In this document: positions 36,595 to 48,644 of the stretch, one piece after another
Position numbering within the stretch: position 1 is the first letter of the stretch
Layout of the letters: the number at the start of each line of letters is the position of its first letter
NCBI GenBank assembly: GCA_036785375.1
Contig: JAWMAR010000279.1
Coordinates: forward strand, 496,001 to 560,000
DNA: 64,000 nucleotides
From: Leucoraja ocellata
Taxonomy: Eukaryota
Direction of reading: 5' to 3'
The notes under the pieces: generated by a model
Seen by the model: only the letters and a program-made list of their open reading frames with translations
What the model was told of the DNA's origin: nothing
The model's database searches: none
Translations under genes and position numbers: made by a program

Positions 36595-37978
36595 GCCTTC
36601 CGCTGGCAAGGCTTTTCAGTCTCAGACATGTCTGAAGGTTTCAGAAAACCTGACCCACTCATTTTTGATAGCAGAATCGGAGCAACAGTATGATTTGTTC
36701 ATTGCTGCAACTTCTCATGACAAGCAAGCATGCTCCTTCTACTCACAGGAGATGAAACTTACGAACAAGCACGACAGTTTGTGTATGCTGAGGCAATAAC
36801 TCATCAACCTGCCGATAGTGAAGAGCATATCGTGATCCCAGCTGAGTTGCCGGAAGACCCGCAGTGTCTCAAGAGAAAGTTTTGGCAGTTGTGTGACCCT
36901 CAAGCTAATCCAGTCATCAAATGTTTCTCAAGATACCAGAATGAGAATGAAGCTATTGAATCTTTTGTTTGTGCTATAAAGAAGGCTGCAGGAGCTTGCA
37001 GATTTGGCGATCTCAAAGACAAATTTATTAGAGATCGGTTCGTATGTGGTCTTTTTAATGACAAGCTAATAATGCATATAACCATATAACAATTACAGCA
37101 CGGAAAACAGGCCATCTCTGCCCTTCAAGTCCATGCCGAACACTTATTTTCCCCTAGTTCCATCTACCTGCACTCATGTCTGCGATCCTGCAATAACTCT
37201 GGATAGAGTTATTGCAGTCTGTAGAACTTACGAGCTGTCGATTCGTAATGCCCAAACGCTCACTCAAGCACAACATTCCAACGCGGGAGTTGATTGTATA
37301 CATTCCAGTATAGGAATTGATAGTGCGCTAGCTCCTTTTCCAAGGCAAAGAAGGCAGCAGCAGATGGCACTCCAAGGTCAGGTTGAGAACACTCACTTCT
37401 TATCTCCCAGTCAACCCAGGCAAGAATGAACAAGGCATAGAGCAGACAAAGCAGCCAATAAATTTGCTGCAGGCTGAGCCACTGTCAGATTTGTCCGATA
37501 GCAGCATGGACGAGAGGCCAAAGGTCGATGGAATCGTTCTGCAGGGACATTCTATTATCACACAAAAAGTGCAGAATAGCGAGCCAATGGCCACCGTAAC
37601 AGTAAACAATAATGTAATCAAGATGAAAATTGACACTGAAGTAAAATACAATGTTCTGTCTCGGGAACAGTTTATCGTCTGAGGAACACAGAGCTATTAA
37701 AACCCACCAATGTTACTCTTCTCGCATAAGGGGAAGCAAGGTCAATACGGTCGGTATTGTGAAGCTGCTGTGCTACTTAGGCGATCAACCATACAGGTTG
37801 CGATTCTATATCGTCGACCGCAATGTTATTCCACTTTTAGGCTATGATGCCAGCAAAGATATGGGAGTTGTTACCTTCAGCAAGGCTGTGCATCAACTAA
37901 CTTCAGTTCCGGATTCTACACAGCGTAGTCTCATGGATTACCATGATCTTTTCACTGAAAAACTTGGCAAGCTACCAA
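36595..37978 (+). mobile_element. Ty3/Gypsy gag-protease fragment, decayed
   Basis: Gag-like RYQNENEAIESFV...CRFGDLKDKFIRDRFVCGL; protease KIDTEVKYNVL and FYIVDRNVIPLLG. Confidence 0.85.
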
Positions 37979-38486
37979 TAAGAGGGAGTGCAGAGACGGT
38001 TCACCAGACTGACTCCTGGGATGTCAGGACTGTCTTATGAAGAAAGACTGGATAGACTTGGTTTATATTCTAGAATTTAGGAGATTGAGAGGGGATCTTA
38101 TAGAAACTTACAAAATTCTTAAGGGGTTGGACAGGCTAGATGCAGGAAGATTGTTCCCGATGTTAGGGAAGTCCAGGACAAGGGGTCACAGCTTAAGGAT
38201 AAGGGGGAAAACCTTTAAAACCGAGATGAGAAGAACGTTTTTCACACAGAGAGTGGTGAATCTCTGGAACTCTCTGCCACAGAGGGTAGTTGAGGCCAGT
38301 TCATTGGCTATATTTAAGAGGGAGTTAGATGTGACCCTTGTGGCTAAGGGGATCAGGGGGTATGGAGAGAAGGCAGGTACGGGATACTGAGTTGGATGAT
38401 CAGCCATGATCATATTGAATGGCGATGCAGGCTCGAAGGGCCGAATGGCCTACTCCTGCACCTAATTTCTATGTTTCTATGTTTCT
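37979..38486 (+). mobile_element. CR1 3' end (young)
   Basis: LEFRRLRGDLIETYKIL...GYGEKAGTGY* and a (TTTCTATG)n tail; near-identical to 49970-50338. Confidence 0.92.
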
Positions 38487-38524
38487 AACTTACTCTATGT
38501 CTTTAGACCCAGAAGTGCATCCGG

Positions 38525-39055
38525 TGAATATTCTTTTGAACTTCTACAGGTATACAGTTGAGAGCATATTGACGTTGCAACACAGCATGGTTCAGCAACT
38601 CGAACACACAGGAATCAAGAGATTGCAAAAAGTGATGAACAGTCCATCATAGGTACTGACCTTCCCACCATCGATGGGATCTATAGGAAGCGCTGAATCA
38701 AAAGTCAACCTGCTTCATCAGTAATCCACACCGCTTTGGCCAAACTCTCATTTCATTCCTGCCATCCGGAAGAAGGTATAAGAGCCTGAAAACTTTAACA
38801 GGAACAACTTCTTCCCAACAACTCAGGCTATTGAGCACTGGGGACTCCAACCAAACACCAATCTACAAACTGCCTTGATTGCATCAGGGATTTTGGTCTA
38901 TGTTCTTGTTCTTGCACTATATATTTTTTATTAATTCAACTTATTTTTGTTGTTTCTACTGAGCACTATGTTTGCAGACCTGTTGTGCTGCTGCAAGTAA
39001 GAATGTCATTGTTCCATTATGGGACATATGATAATAAAACACTATTGACTCTTGA
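38525..39055 (+). mobile_element. Rex1/Babar 3' fragment, decayed
   Basis: LNFYRYTVESILT; same 3' UTR and tail as 1-655. Confidence 0.8.
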
Positions 39056-39307
39056 TAAACTTTTAACATAAACAACAATCCCAGATATAATTTATAACAG
39101 ATGATCAATTATAGAAAATGAATACAGATATTAATTGATTAAAAAGTAACTGTTAATCCCCCCAATGGTGTTAATATATATTGTGTAAGAGGGAACTGCA
39201 GATGCTGGTTTAAACCGAAGATAGACTCAAAAATCTGGATTAACTCAGCGGGCCAGGCAGCATCTCTGGAGAGAAGGAATTGGTGACGTTTCAGGTCGAG
39301 ATCCTAA

Positions 39308-39533
39308 TGCCCCTGTCCCACTTAGGAAACCTGAACGGAAACCTCTGGAGACTTTGTGCCCCACCCAAGGTTTCCCTGCGGTTCCCGGAGGTTGCAGGTG
39401 GTTGCCGAAGGTTGCAGGTAGTGGAAGCAGGTAGGGAGACTGAAAAAATCCTCAGGGAACCACACGGAAACCTTGGATGGGGCGCAAAGTCTCCAGACGT
39501 TTCCGTTCAGGTTTCCTAAGTGGGACAGGGGCA
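39308..39533. mobile_element. MITE (PIF/Harbinger-like) with about 80-bp TIRs
   Basis: TGCCCCTGTCCCACTTAGGAAACC...GGTTTCCTAAGTGGGACAGGGGCA, flanked by TAA/TTA; sits between two inverted Penelope terminal units (39182-39304, 39540-39597). Confidence 0.85.
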
Positions 39534-39989
39534 TTATAGGATCTCCAGAGGTGCTGTCTGTCCCGCTGTCCTCCAGATGTTTGTGTCTATCTTCGTGCTA
39601 ATATAATTATTCAGTAATGATCTGTGGTTCAATCATAAATATCCGGTATCACACCTGTCACTGTAATTGAAGCAAATTAACATAAAAATATCCCACATGG
39701 GACACAACATTAAATCCATTCATAATGCCGTCATTAGAGTTTAGATGAGGACATCAGCTAAACTTTTTATGCCATCATTTTATAAATTTCCAGATATAAT
39801 CGTTGAATTATCTATAGAATTCAGAAATAATTTCCAAATGATTTATGAAAATCTGACATCGAAGCCAGAACCACAATCACGGGTATCCGGTTCCAGTCAT
39901 TATACACCGCAAGCTTCCTGGTGTTTCAGATTTTAGCACACACAAAATAAAATTAAAATGGCAAAAAGTTGTAATGGGGATAGACATGA

Positions 39990-40140
39990 AAGGAGGACAT
40001 TGGTAAGACTGTCGGGGGTTACGGGAGAAGGCAGGAGAATGGGGTTTGAGATGGAAAGATAGATCAGCCATGATTGAATGGCGGAGTAGACGTGATGGGG
40101 CCGAATGGCCTAATCTGCTCCTATAACATGGACATATGAC
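39990..40140 (+). mobile_element. CR1-type 3' tail
   Basis: ggggttacgggagaaggcaggagaatgggg...gatcagccatgattgaatggcggag...gggccgaatggcct. Confidence 0.75.
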
Positions 40141-40254
40141 GTGACCAAGGCAGAATCAGACTGGTGTCCAACTTTGCTGGTGTCGGCTTAGAACGAGGAG
40201 ACCGTTTACCCAGCTGACTGGGCACTTTACTTCACCACCCTCACCGAATGCCGC

Positions 40255-40668
40255 CGTTTAGTTTAGTTTAGTTTACAGCGCGGAAACCGGCCCTTCGACC
40301 CACCGAGTCCGCGCCGACGGCCAGAGAGCGATCCCCGCGTACACTGACGCTAACCCATTTAAGGACAATTTACAATTATACCAAGCCGATCAACCTTTGG
40401 AGACCGGAGATCCCGGAGATCACCCACGCACAACGTGCGAAATCCCGGACACACAGCACCCGTTGTCAGGAGGATCGATCCGGGTCTATGTCTGGCGCTA
40501 CGTGTGAGGCAGCAACTCTCAAAGCAGGATCGACCCGGGTCTGGGTCTGGGTCTGGGTCTGGGTCTGGCGCTACGTGTGAGGCAGCAACTCTCAAAGCAG
40601 GATCGACCCGGGTCTGGGTCTGGGTCTGGGTCTGACGCTGTGTGTTGGGCAGCAACTCTGCGCCGCCC
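40255..40668 (-). mobile_element. HE1/HER1-like SINE with a triplicated tRNA-derived head
   Basis: (TTTAG)n tail at about 40257-40274; three head copies starting at 40471, 40526 and 40599 with (GGGTCT)n expansions. Confidence 0.75.
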
Positions 40669-41223
40669 TCTGAAGGCGACGATGAGCAGATTTTGCAGCC
40701 TGGGCTCGGCGTGACGCTGCCACACGGCCGCGGATCCCATTGGCACGACACTAGATTTCTACTGAAGCCAAGCGCCGCCGATAGGGAGGCGGCTCTAGGC
40801 GCCAATGCCACTTCACCTACGACACTCCCACCCAAAGATTATAATCTTTGCTCCCACCACCCGCTCCCACAATAAAAGCTTCCCTGGGCACTTTGTTCAT
40901 TTTCCCCCTCAAGATTCCGGCACCCTTGAGTATCACAAAATATAGGTGGTTGTGAACAGCAGCCACCCTGGCCTCGGGACACCCGGCTGCATGAATAAAT
41001 CTACAACCAATCTTGAGTGTCAAGTTTCCGCAGTTTATCACTTCAGTATTTCGTCCAACACACAAGTAAGTGATTGGCCCTCAACTCAACTCACGCCACC
41101 ACACCAACAAAATGATTCCTTTCCATTTAAAGCCAAGCTGGCCGCACTATTTGAACTTGCCTGCCTTGCTGCGTGATTCGGTTGCTGGAGGATGTCCCAC
41201 GTCCTCTCTCTCTCTCTCCTTAC

Positions 41224-41481
41224 CAGCCGCGACGAACAGCCCCGGGGATCCAACTGACAGTGGCAGCAGTGGAGCGTCACACCAGCGCTGAATCCGCCGC
41301 AGCCGGACGAGCCCTGTTGTGTCAGCGCATCCGAGGCTCCGCATCGCCCCAAAATGGGCTTTATACCACAATACGACAGCAACACCAAGGGTGCACTTCG
41401 ACGAGGATTTAGCACTGAAAGAACTCCACCAACTATTTGCACTATTTATTAGGCGCAGACATATCATTCTGCAATTTGCAT
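41224..41481 (-). promoter_or_regulatory. Candidate TATA/octamer promoter with a non-coding first exon
   Basis: Minus-strand TATAAAG at 41365-41359, octamer ATGCAAAT at 41481-41474, GC-rich segment of about 110 nt and donor GCTG|GTAAGG (exon ends at 41224); unique, CpG-retaining DNA. Confidence 0.5.
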
Positions 41482-42108
41482 TCTCCCCTTGCAACTATAA
41501 TTACATTTCCCAAGAGTAGACACATATCCCCGCGTGTACTCTGCTCATTCATAAAATTGCAAGGCAGGATCTGCTAATACTCAAGTGTACAAAATAAGTG
41601 TTTAGGTGTTTGGATCTAACAATCAAAAACAAATCTCCATGTCGCGTCGCGGTCAAGTTACAGAACTCGTTATTTCGTCTTAAATTAGGGGTTGTACTTT
41701 GGCGTGGAAAGTAGCAGCGAGCGGCGTGAAGCGGCCGTGGAGAGTCTGCCGCTCGAATACTTTGCTGTAGACACATCACCGCATTCCCAGCGCATTCTGC
41801 ACTAAGCTTCATGTGAAACTCTCTACAGATTTAAATGAACTGATAATAATTATACAAGCAGTATTAAAAAGTTATGATGTTTTAATGTTAACTTGATTTT
41901 AGAGCAAAACCTTCTGAGGGTCGACATTATTTTAAATTTAATTGAAAATGTAGCTTGTGTTCAATGGGCCGCTGAACAAGGCTCGCTATCCTTAACGCTG
42001 ATTGAATTTTGCCCAATTGCCATTAGCAAAACAATATATTAATGCAATGAATAAAGTTACTGTATTCCTGATTACAAAATATTTCAGTTTTGCAGCTTAG
42101 CTCTTAGG

Positions 42109-42174
42109 TGTTGTAATTGGGAAACGTAGATGTTGTAATTGGGAAACTTAGATGTTGTAGTTGGGAAACTTAGT
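42109..42174. repeat. 22-bp tandem repeat x3
   Basis: TGTTGTAATTGGGAAACKTAGA units. Confidence 0.9.
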
Positions 42175-42418
42175 CTTGTGGAAAAGGAAATATATTTAAA
42201 GTTGATTCCAATTATTTTGTTTTCCGTTATGATCCAAACCAAATCACACACATGCATTTGGATGCCCCGATTAAGGTGTTGCGTGGTTGCACGTTGTTGA
42301 ACTTTGTTGAAGTGATTGCACTTCAAACTTGTTTCATTTGGATGTAAAGCCTTCTTTTGGGGAAAAACGAGCAGCTAAATAAATCAATTCTAACAATTCT
42401 AACACGGAAACGGACGAA

Positions 42419-42735
42419 TGTGTAAGAGGGAACTGCAGATGCTGGTTTAAACTGAAGATATACACTAAACGCTGGAGTAACTCAGCGGGACAGGCAGCAT
42501 CTCTGGAGAGAAGGAATGGGTGACGTTTCGGTTCGAGACCCTTCTTCAGACTAGTTATGGAGAAGGTAAATGAGATATATAGACCAACGATCTTTGATAT
42601 AGACGATGATGTGGAGAGATAAAGAACAATGAATGAAAGATATGCAAAAAAGTAATGATGATAAAGGAAACAGGCCATTGTAAGTTGTGTATGGGGGGGG
42701 GGTGGGTGAGAAGATAGCACTACTCGGATGGGGAG

Positions 42736-42784
<49 letters not shown>

Positions 42785-43640
42785 GAGAGGGGGGGGGGGT
42801 GAGGGAGTGCCGGGGCTACCTGATGTGAGATAAATCAAAATTCATACCACTGGGCTGTGAACCACCCAAGTGAAATATGAGATGCTGTTCCTCCAATTTG
42901 AGTATAGAAGCTGGGATGTAATGTTAAAATTGTACAAGGCATTGGTGAGACCAAATCTGGAGTACGGTGTACAATTTTGGTCGCCCAATTATAGGAAGGA
43001 TGTCAACAAAATAGAGAGAGTACAGAGGAGATTTACTAGAATGTTGCCTGGGTTTCAACAACTAAGTTACAGAGATAGGTTGAATAAGTTAGGTCTTTAT
43101 TCTCTGGAGCGCAGAAGGTTAAGGGGGGACCTGATAGAGGTCTTTAAAATGATGAGAGGGATAGACAGAGTTGATGTGGACAATCTTTTCCCTTTGAGAA
43201 TAGGGAAGATTCAAACAAGAGGACATGACTTCAGAATTAAGGGACAGAAGTTTAGGGGTAATATGAGGGGGAACTTCTTTACTCAGAGAGTGGTAGCGGT
43301 GTGGAATGAACTTCCAGTGGAAGTGGTGGAGGCAGGTTCATTGGTATCATTTAAAAATAAATTGGATAGGCATATGGATGAGAAGGGAATGGAGGGTTAT
43401 GGTATGAGTGCAGGCAGGTGGGACTAAGGGGGAAACAAAATTGTTCGGCACGGACTTGTAGGGCCGAGATGGCCTGTTTCCGTGCTGTAATTGTTATATG
43501 GTTATAATTTGCGTTTAGCCTCTGACAACTGTGTTCGAATGGGAAGGATAATTAAAGTGTTCAGCAACCGGGAGATCAGGTTGGTTGACGCGGGCTGAGC
43601 GAAGGTGGTCCGTGAAACGATCGCCCAGTCTGTGTTTGGC
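42419..43640 (-). mobile_element. Penelope 3' end with intact hammerhead core, split by a CR1 insertion
   Basis: Minus strand agtCTGAAGAagggtctcgaaccGAAAcGTC (42549-42522); GIY-YIG remnants at 42830-42900 and 43506-43640; (GA)n at 42741-42781. Confidence 0.85.
42901..43505 (+). mobile_element. CR1 3' end, young copy
   Basis: Near-identical to 56205-56815; TSD AATTTG (42895-42900, 43506-43511). Confidence 0.93.
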
Positions 43641-44451
43641 CGAATGTGCCTGATCAGTAGGTGTTCGGAAATATAGATGGTGATGTGGAGCCTAACTTTT
43701 TATGCTGCTCCATATTTGACGTGTGAAGGATATGGAACATGGGATATGGAACACGAGGAAGCATACGACGTTAGGGATTAACAAGCATTAATAATACATC
43801 AAACTGAATAACGATATTGAAACCCAGCCTTATAAATGGAACAGTTGTTACTGATGGGGGAGAATTAACGACATGTAACCAGGATTATTGAACACAATGA
43901 CATCCTTTGAAACAGTGTTCTGGGATGCTCTTTTGTAGTCAATGTCCAAATGCAAATCATGGAAACGTATTTTTTGCCAGTATCATAAGACCCATTCGAG
44001 TGCCGTTAACACTTTCGCCAAAACAACTAAATCAATACATTCTGGGTTGAGCCCCCGATATGATGCATTTCTATTAATGCGTTGCCCAACATTTAACGTC
44101 AAATTATAAATAATTATGGTGAAAATCAATGGATCTTACAGCGACGAAACAAAAGGTTTCCTATGTTTCTTTTCCTGCAAAATACCTCTGCTTTTTTAAA
44201 AATTCGTCATACAAAGTCTTCGATTGTATCTGGCCTCTCGATGACTATATATTTGTGGAACTTGAGAATTTGTCGCATCTACCACATCTTTGGTACATTA
44301 ATCAAGCAATGTAAAAGGAAAGTCATTCTGTCCTTTACAAATATGTAAGTCGTATTCTTTAATAGAAAGCCTTTGCGGTATTAAAAAACAACCATCTGCA
44401 TTATGTACCGGGGGGGGGGGGGGGGGTTGTTTTAGTTTCACATCGTTCTGT

Positions 44452-44482
<31 letters not shown>

Positions 44483-45134
44483 GTCTATTTAGGAATTCAT
44501 GGAGGCAATTCAGAGATTTTGCTAATTAAAAGTAGAAAGGTTACATTTTCCTTTTCTTGTAAATTGAGGAGGTGGAAGCGGGTGCCGCATCCTGAAAATT
44601 GCATATCATGATAAAATTACATAGTTAATTTATTCATCAATACTTAGTTCGAGGTACAAATTATAAATTCATAATTTGCGGCGTTATACGTCCATTCATT
44701 TGTCTCTATGATCAACATTTGGTTTGCTTTCCTGGCTGATAAGTGTTCAACCAGAATGTAACCAGCTGGACAAAGTACGTTAAATACAAGTAAATAAGCT
44801 ATATATATATATACAGTATTTCCTTTCGTCAAACTTTGTAGACGGCCAGTTCCTTCTGTTACTTTGAACTCATGCTAAACCCGATTTCAAAAACAAATGT
44901 AACAATGTTGAAACAATTGCGGATTGATGTACCAAAGAATAACAACAAACACTGTTGTACGAATTTGGTACACAGCTACACAGTTACTAATGATAGAAAG
45001 CATAATGAAGGTATTTCCCAAGTGTATATAATTTGTCGATCACCAACGAGTCAATTACTGTGTACAATTTTGAGCATTGCCCTCTGAGAGAGGGAGTATT
45101 AGGTTTGGAAGTATCGTGGAGCAAATTCACCACC

Positions 45135-45665
45135 TTAGAACATAGAACAGTACAGCACAGATTGACCCTTTGGTCCCACAATGTTTGTGCTGAACCTGAT
45201 GCCAACCCGATATCATCTGCCTGTACATGGAACGAAAACCTCTATTCCCTGCACTTCTATGTCCCTATCTAAAAATCTATGCCTCTCATCATTTTATATG
45301 TTTCTATCAAGTATGACATTCCAGAGAAAAACATTCAGTCTATCCAACCTCTCCCTGTAGCTGAAACCCTCTAATCCAGGTAGCATTCTGGTAAACCTCT
45401 TTTGTGCCCTCTCCAAAGCTTCCCCATATTTCCTGTAATGGGGTGACCAGAACTGCATGGAATACTCCAAACGTGGCCTAACCATAGTCCGATAGAGTTG
45501 CATCATGATTTCCTGATTCTTATATTCAATGACCCTAGCAATTAAGGCAAGTATAACAAATACCTTCTTTACCACCTTATCTACTTGTGCTGCCATCTTC
45601 AGTGAACCATGGACTTGGGCTCTGAGATCCCTCTGGACATCAATGCCATTAAGGGTCTTGCCATG
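45135..45665 (-). mobile_element. CR1 fragment
   Basis: QLYRTMVRPRLEYSMQFWSPHYRK...RFTRMLPGL. Confidence 0.88.
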
Positions 45666-46094
45666 TTGCCAGCCTTCCAAGAATAAATTTATGACGAGAG
45701 ATTTCATCAACTTAGACTGTATCTATTCCCTGGAATATGTAGTATTATGGGCATGTCATTCATGTTTTTAGCACTTAACCTGAATTCATAAGGTCATGTG
45801 ACAGCGGCAGAATTAGGCGATTTGGCCCATGAAGTCTACTCCACCATTCAATCATAGCTGATCTGTCTCTCCCTCCTAACCCCATTCTCCTGCCTTCTCC
45901 CCATTATCCCTGACACCCTTGCCAAATTCCTTCCTAGATGGAAACTTTTACCACTGACAGGGAAGTCATGTATCAAGGGACAAATTATTAAAATCAGAGC
46001 TTGAGGAATCTGTGAAAATTGGGAAACACAGCTTCATGCTAAATATGGACAAAGTGAAAGTTTCCCCTGCAATGTACAGCTAAGAAATAGTTAA

Positions 46095-47876
46095 ATAGAA
46101 TAGAATAGAATAGTTTCTTTATTATCATTGTAACATGAACCATGTACAACGAAATTTAAAAATGTCAGCCAGTCAGTGCACCATTCAAACATTTCTAAAA
46201 GCTAACGATACATACAAGATAAAATATTAAAAGATAAACAACTAAAATAAATATCATGAAAATAGCACGCATAAACACCCAACCCTCCATCCTTCTGTCG
46301 ATTTCACAGTGTACCACAGTCCCTTAGTATGTATCGCCCCTGCGTTCCTTGGCGGCTACATTTAGTGCTTTTATAGCAGTGGGGTAAAAACTGTTTTTTA
46401 GTCTGTTCGTCCTTGTCCTTATAGATCTGTACCGTCTGCCTGACGGCAACAGTTCAAACAGGGAGTGTCCGGGGTGGGAAATGTCCTTTATAATACTCTG
46501 GGATTTTTTGATGCAGCGGGAACTGTGTAAGTCCTCCAAGGTAAGGAGAGGGCAGCTGACAATCCTCTGGGCATTGTCAATGGCCCTCTGGAGCGCTTTC
46601 CTCCGAGCCGCTGTGCAGCTGGTGTACCACACGCATACACAGTATGTTAGTATGCTCTCAATGGAGCACCAATAAAAGGACAGCAGCAGTCTCTGAGTGG
46701 TGTTATTCTTCCGGAGCACCCTCAGGAAGTGCAGTCTCTGCTGGACCTTTTTCAGCAGTGCAGTGGTGTTCACGCTCCACGTCAGATCCTCCTCAATATG
46801 GATTCCCAGGAAGCGGAAATCCGCCACCCTCTCCACACAGTCCCCTCTGATAATCAATGGTACCATGTCCGTTTTATTCTTCCTAAAGTCTATTATTAAT
46901 TCCTTTGTCTTTAAGGTGTTGAGGAGCAGGTTATTTTCTTCACACCACACTGTCAGCTGCTCCACCTCATCCCGGTAGGCGTACTCGTCCCCCCCGGAGA
47001 TGAGTCCCACCGCCATAGTGTCATCCGCAAATTTGACAATGGTGTTGCTGTGGTGGGCGGGGGTGCAGTCATGTGTGTAGATGGTGTAGAGCAGGGGGCT
47101 CAGTACGCAGCCCTGTGGAGAGCCGGTACTGAGGCTGAGGGCCGTGGATGTATGATGGCCCACTCTGACTCTCTGGCTGCGGCCCGACAGGAAGCTATTT
47201 ATCCACGTGCAGGTGGAGTGTAGAAGACCCAAGTCCCCCAGTTTGTCCACCAGTTTGTGGGGAAGGATGGTATTAAAAGCAGAGCTGTAATCCACAAAGA
47301 GCATCCGCACGTAGCTCCCCCGCTGCTCCAGGTGAGACAGTGCAGCATGGAGAGCTGTGGCTACAGCGTCCTCTGTAGATCTATTTGCTCTGTACGCAAA
47401 CTGGTGGGGGTCAAAGCTTCGGGGCAGGAGTGATGTGATATGACCCCGGACCAGTTTTTCAAAACACTTCATCACCACTGGTGTGAGTGCGACTGGCCGG
47501 TAGTCATTGAGGCTGGAGATGTTGTTTTTTTTGGGCAAGGGGACTATGGTGGAGGACTTCAGACAGGGTGGAACAGTGGACTGGGCCAGAGACTGGTTAA
47601 AAATCCTCGTACAGACTCCAGCCAGCTGGTCTGCGCAGTCCTTTTACACGCGTCCAGAGACGCCGTCAGGTCCAGTAGCCTTCCTTGGATTGATGGCCCG
47701 CAGCGTGCGCCTCACCTCATGCTCCTCTATCTTGAGGGTTAGGCTGCTGTGGACCATGTGCTGTGATGTGGCTGTCTCGGGTGGCTCCACTTCAAAGCGA
47801 GCAAAGAAGTGGTTCAGCTCCTCTGCCAACGAGGCGTCACCTTCAACAGCTCCAAGGTTGGTCTTATAGTTGGTGA
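46095..47876 (-). mobile_element. Rex1/Babar LINE, 5'-truncated, young
   Basis: (TTCTA)n tail at about 46095-46113; open RT ORF; upstream AEELNHFFARFE and NPRKATGPDGVSGRV. Confidence 0.93.
46324..47538 (-). CDS. Rex1/Babar reverse transcriptase, uninterrupted 404-aa C-terminal part
   Basis: [55 protein letters not shown] and KFADD. Confidence 0.9.
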   Translation of the reverse strand: MPKKNNISSLNDYRPVALTPVVMKCFEKLVRGHITSLLPRSFDPHQFAYRANRSTEDAVATALHAALSHLEQRGSYVRMLFVDYSSAFNTILPHKLVDKLGDLGLLHSTCTWINSFLSGRSQRVRVGHHTSTALSLSTGSPQGCVLSPLLYTIYTHDCTPAHHSNTIVKFADDTMAVGLISGGDEYAYRDEVEQLTVWCEENNLLLNTLKTKELIIDFRKNKTDMVPLIIRGDCVERVADFRFLGIHIEEDLTWSVNTTALLKKVQQRLHFLRVLRKNNTTQRLLLSFYWCSIESILTYCVCVWYTSCTAARRKALQRAIDNAQRIVSCPLLTLEDLHSSRCIKKSQSIIKDISHPGHSLFELLPSGRRYRSIRTRTNRLKNSFYPTAIKALNVAAKERRGDTY

Positions 47877-48644
47877 GTTACTTTTTACTGTGGGATCAGT
47901 ACATTTTTAAGAAGCAGAGATATTGTCAGATATGAAGCATAGGCAGGTGGGTGGAGGTTGATTTGTCATAAATCAATTAAAGTGTCAAAGAGACTAGAGC
48001 AGCTGAAAGACCCCCCTGCTGATGTTATATTCCTCATGATTTGTTACTTCCATCATGTGCTTTCACCAAGTAGGTTTGCATCAGAAGACACAAAGTACTG
48101 GAATAACTCAGCAGGTCAGGTAGCAGCTGTGGAGAATATGCGCAGTCTTCATCTTGAGTTTGGACCCTTCTTCAGACATCATCTTTATCCATGTCTACCC
48201 ATCATCTATCCATGATTTTCACCACACCATCACTTCCCTGCACTATCCCACATCCCGTGCTTTCTTTATTATCAAAAATCTATTCATCCAATTCTTAAAT
48301 ATTCTCAGTAATTGAATTTTCAAATCCCGTTTGGTCAGAAAATTCTTATGATTCTCTATCCTCTGGGTGAAGAAAACTCTTTGCATTTTTGTCCTGTTTT
48401 GTTAACACCCTCTTTTGAAACTATGAACCCCGGTTCTGGAATCACAAGAGACTACAGAAGTTAGAATCTGGATCAAAACGTAAATGGCTGGAAGAATAAA
48501 ATAGTTCCAACAGCATCTGTGCTGGCAAGTGAATGGTCAATGTTGGTCATCCTCTTATAGGAAAGATGTTGTTAAGATGAAAAAAGGGTGCAGAGAAGCT
48601 TTCCGATAATGTTGCCGGCTCGATGGCATGAGCTATAGAGAGAG

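Noticed and set aside
41441-41451. MEF2 site CTATTTATTAG
   Set aside because: One base too long for the YTA(W)4TAR consensus.
41224-41481. Immunoglobulin V promoter (octamer plus TATA) with a leader exon
   Set aside because: No signal-peptide exon, V exon or recombination signal follows.
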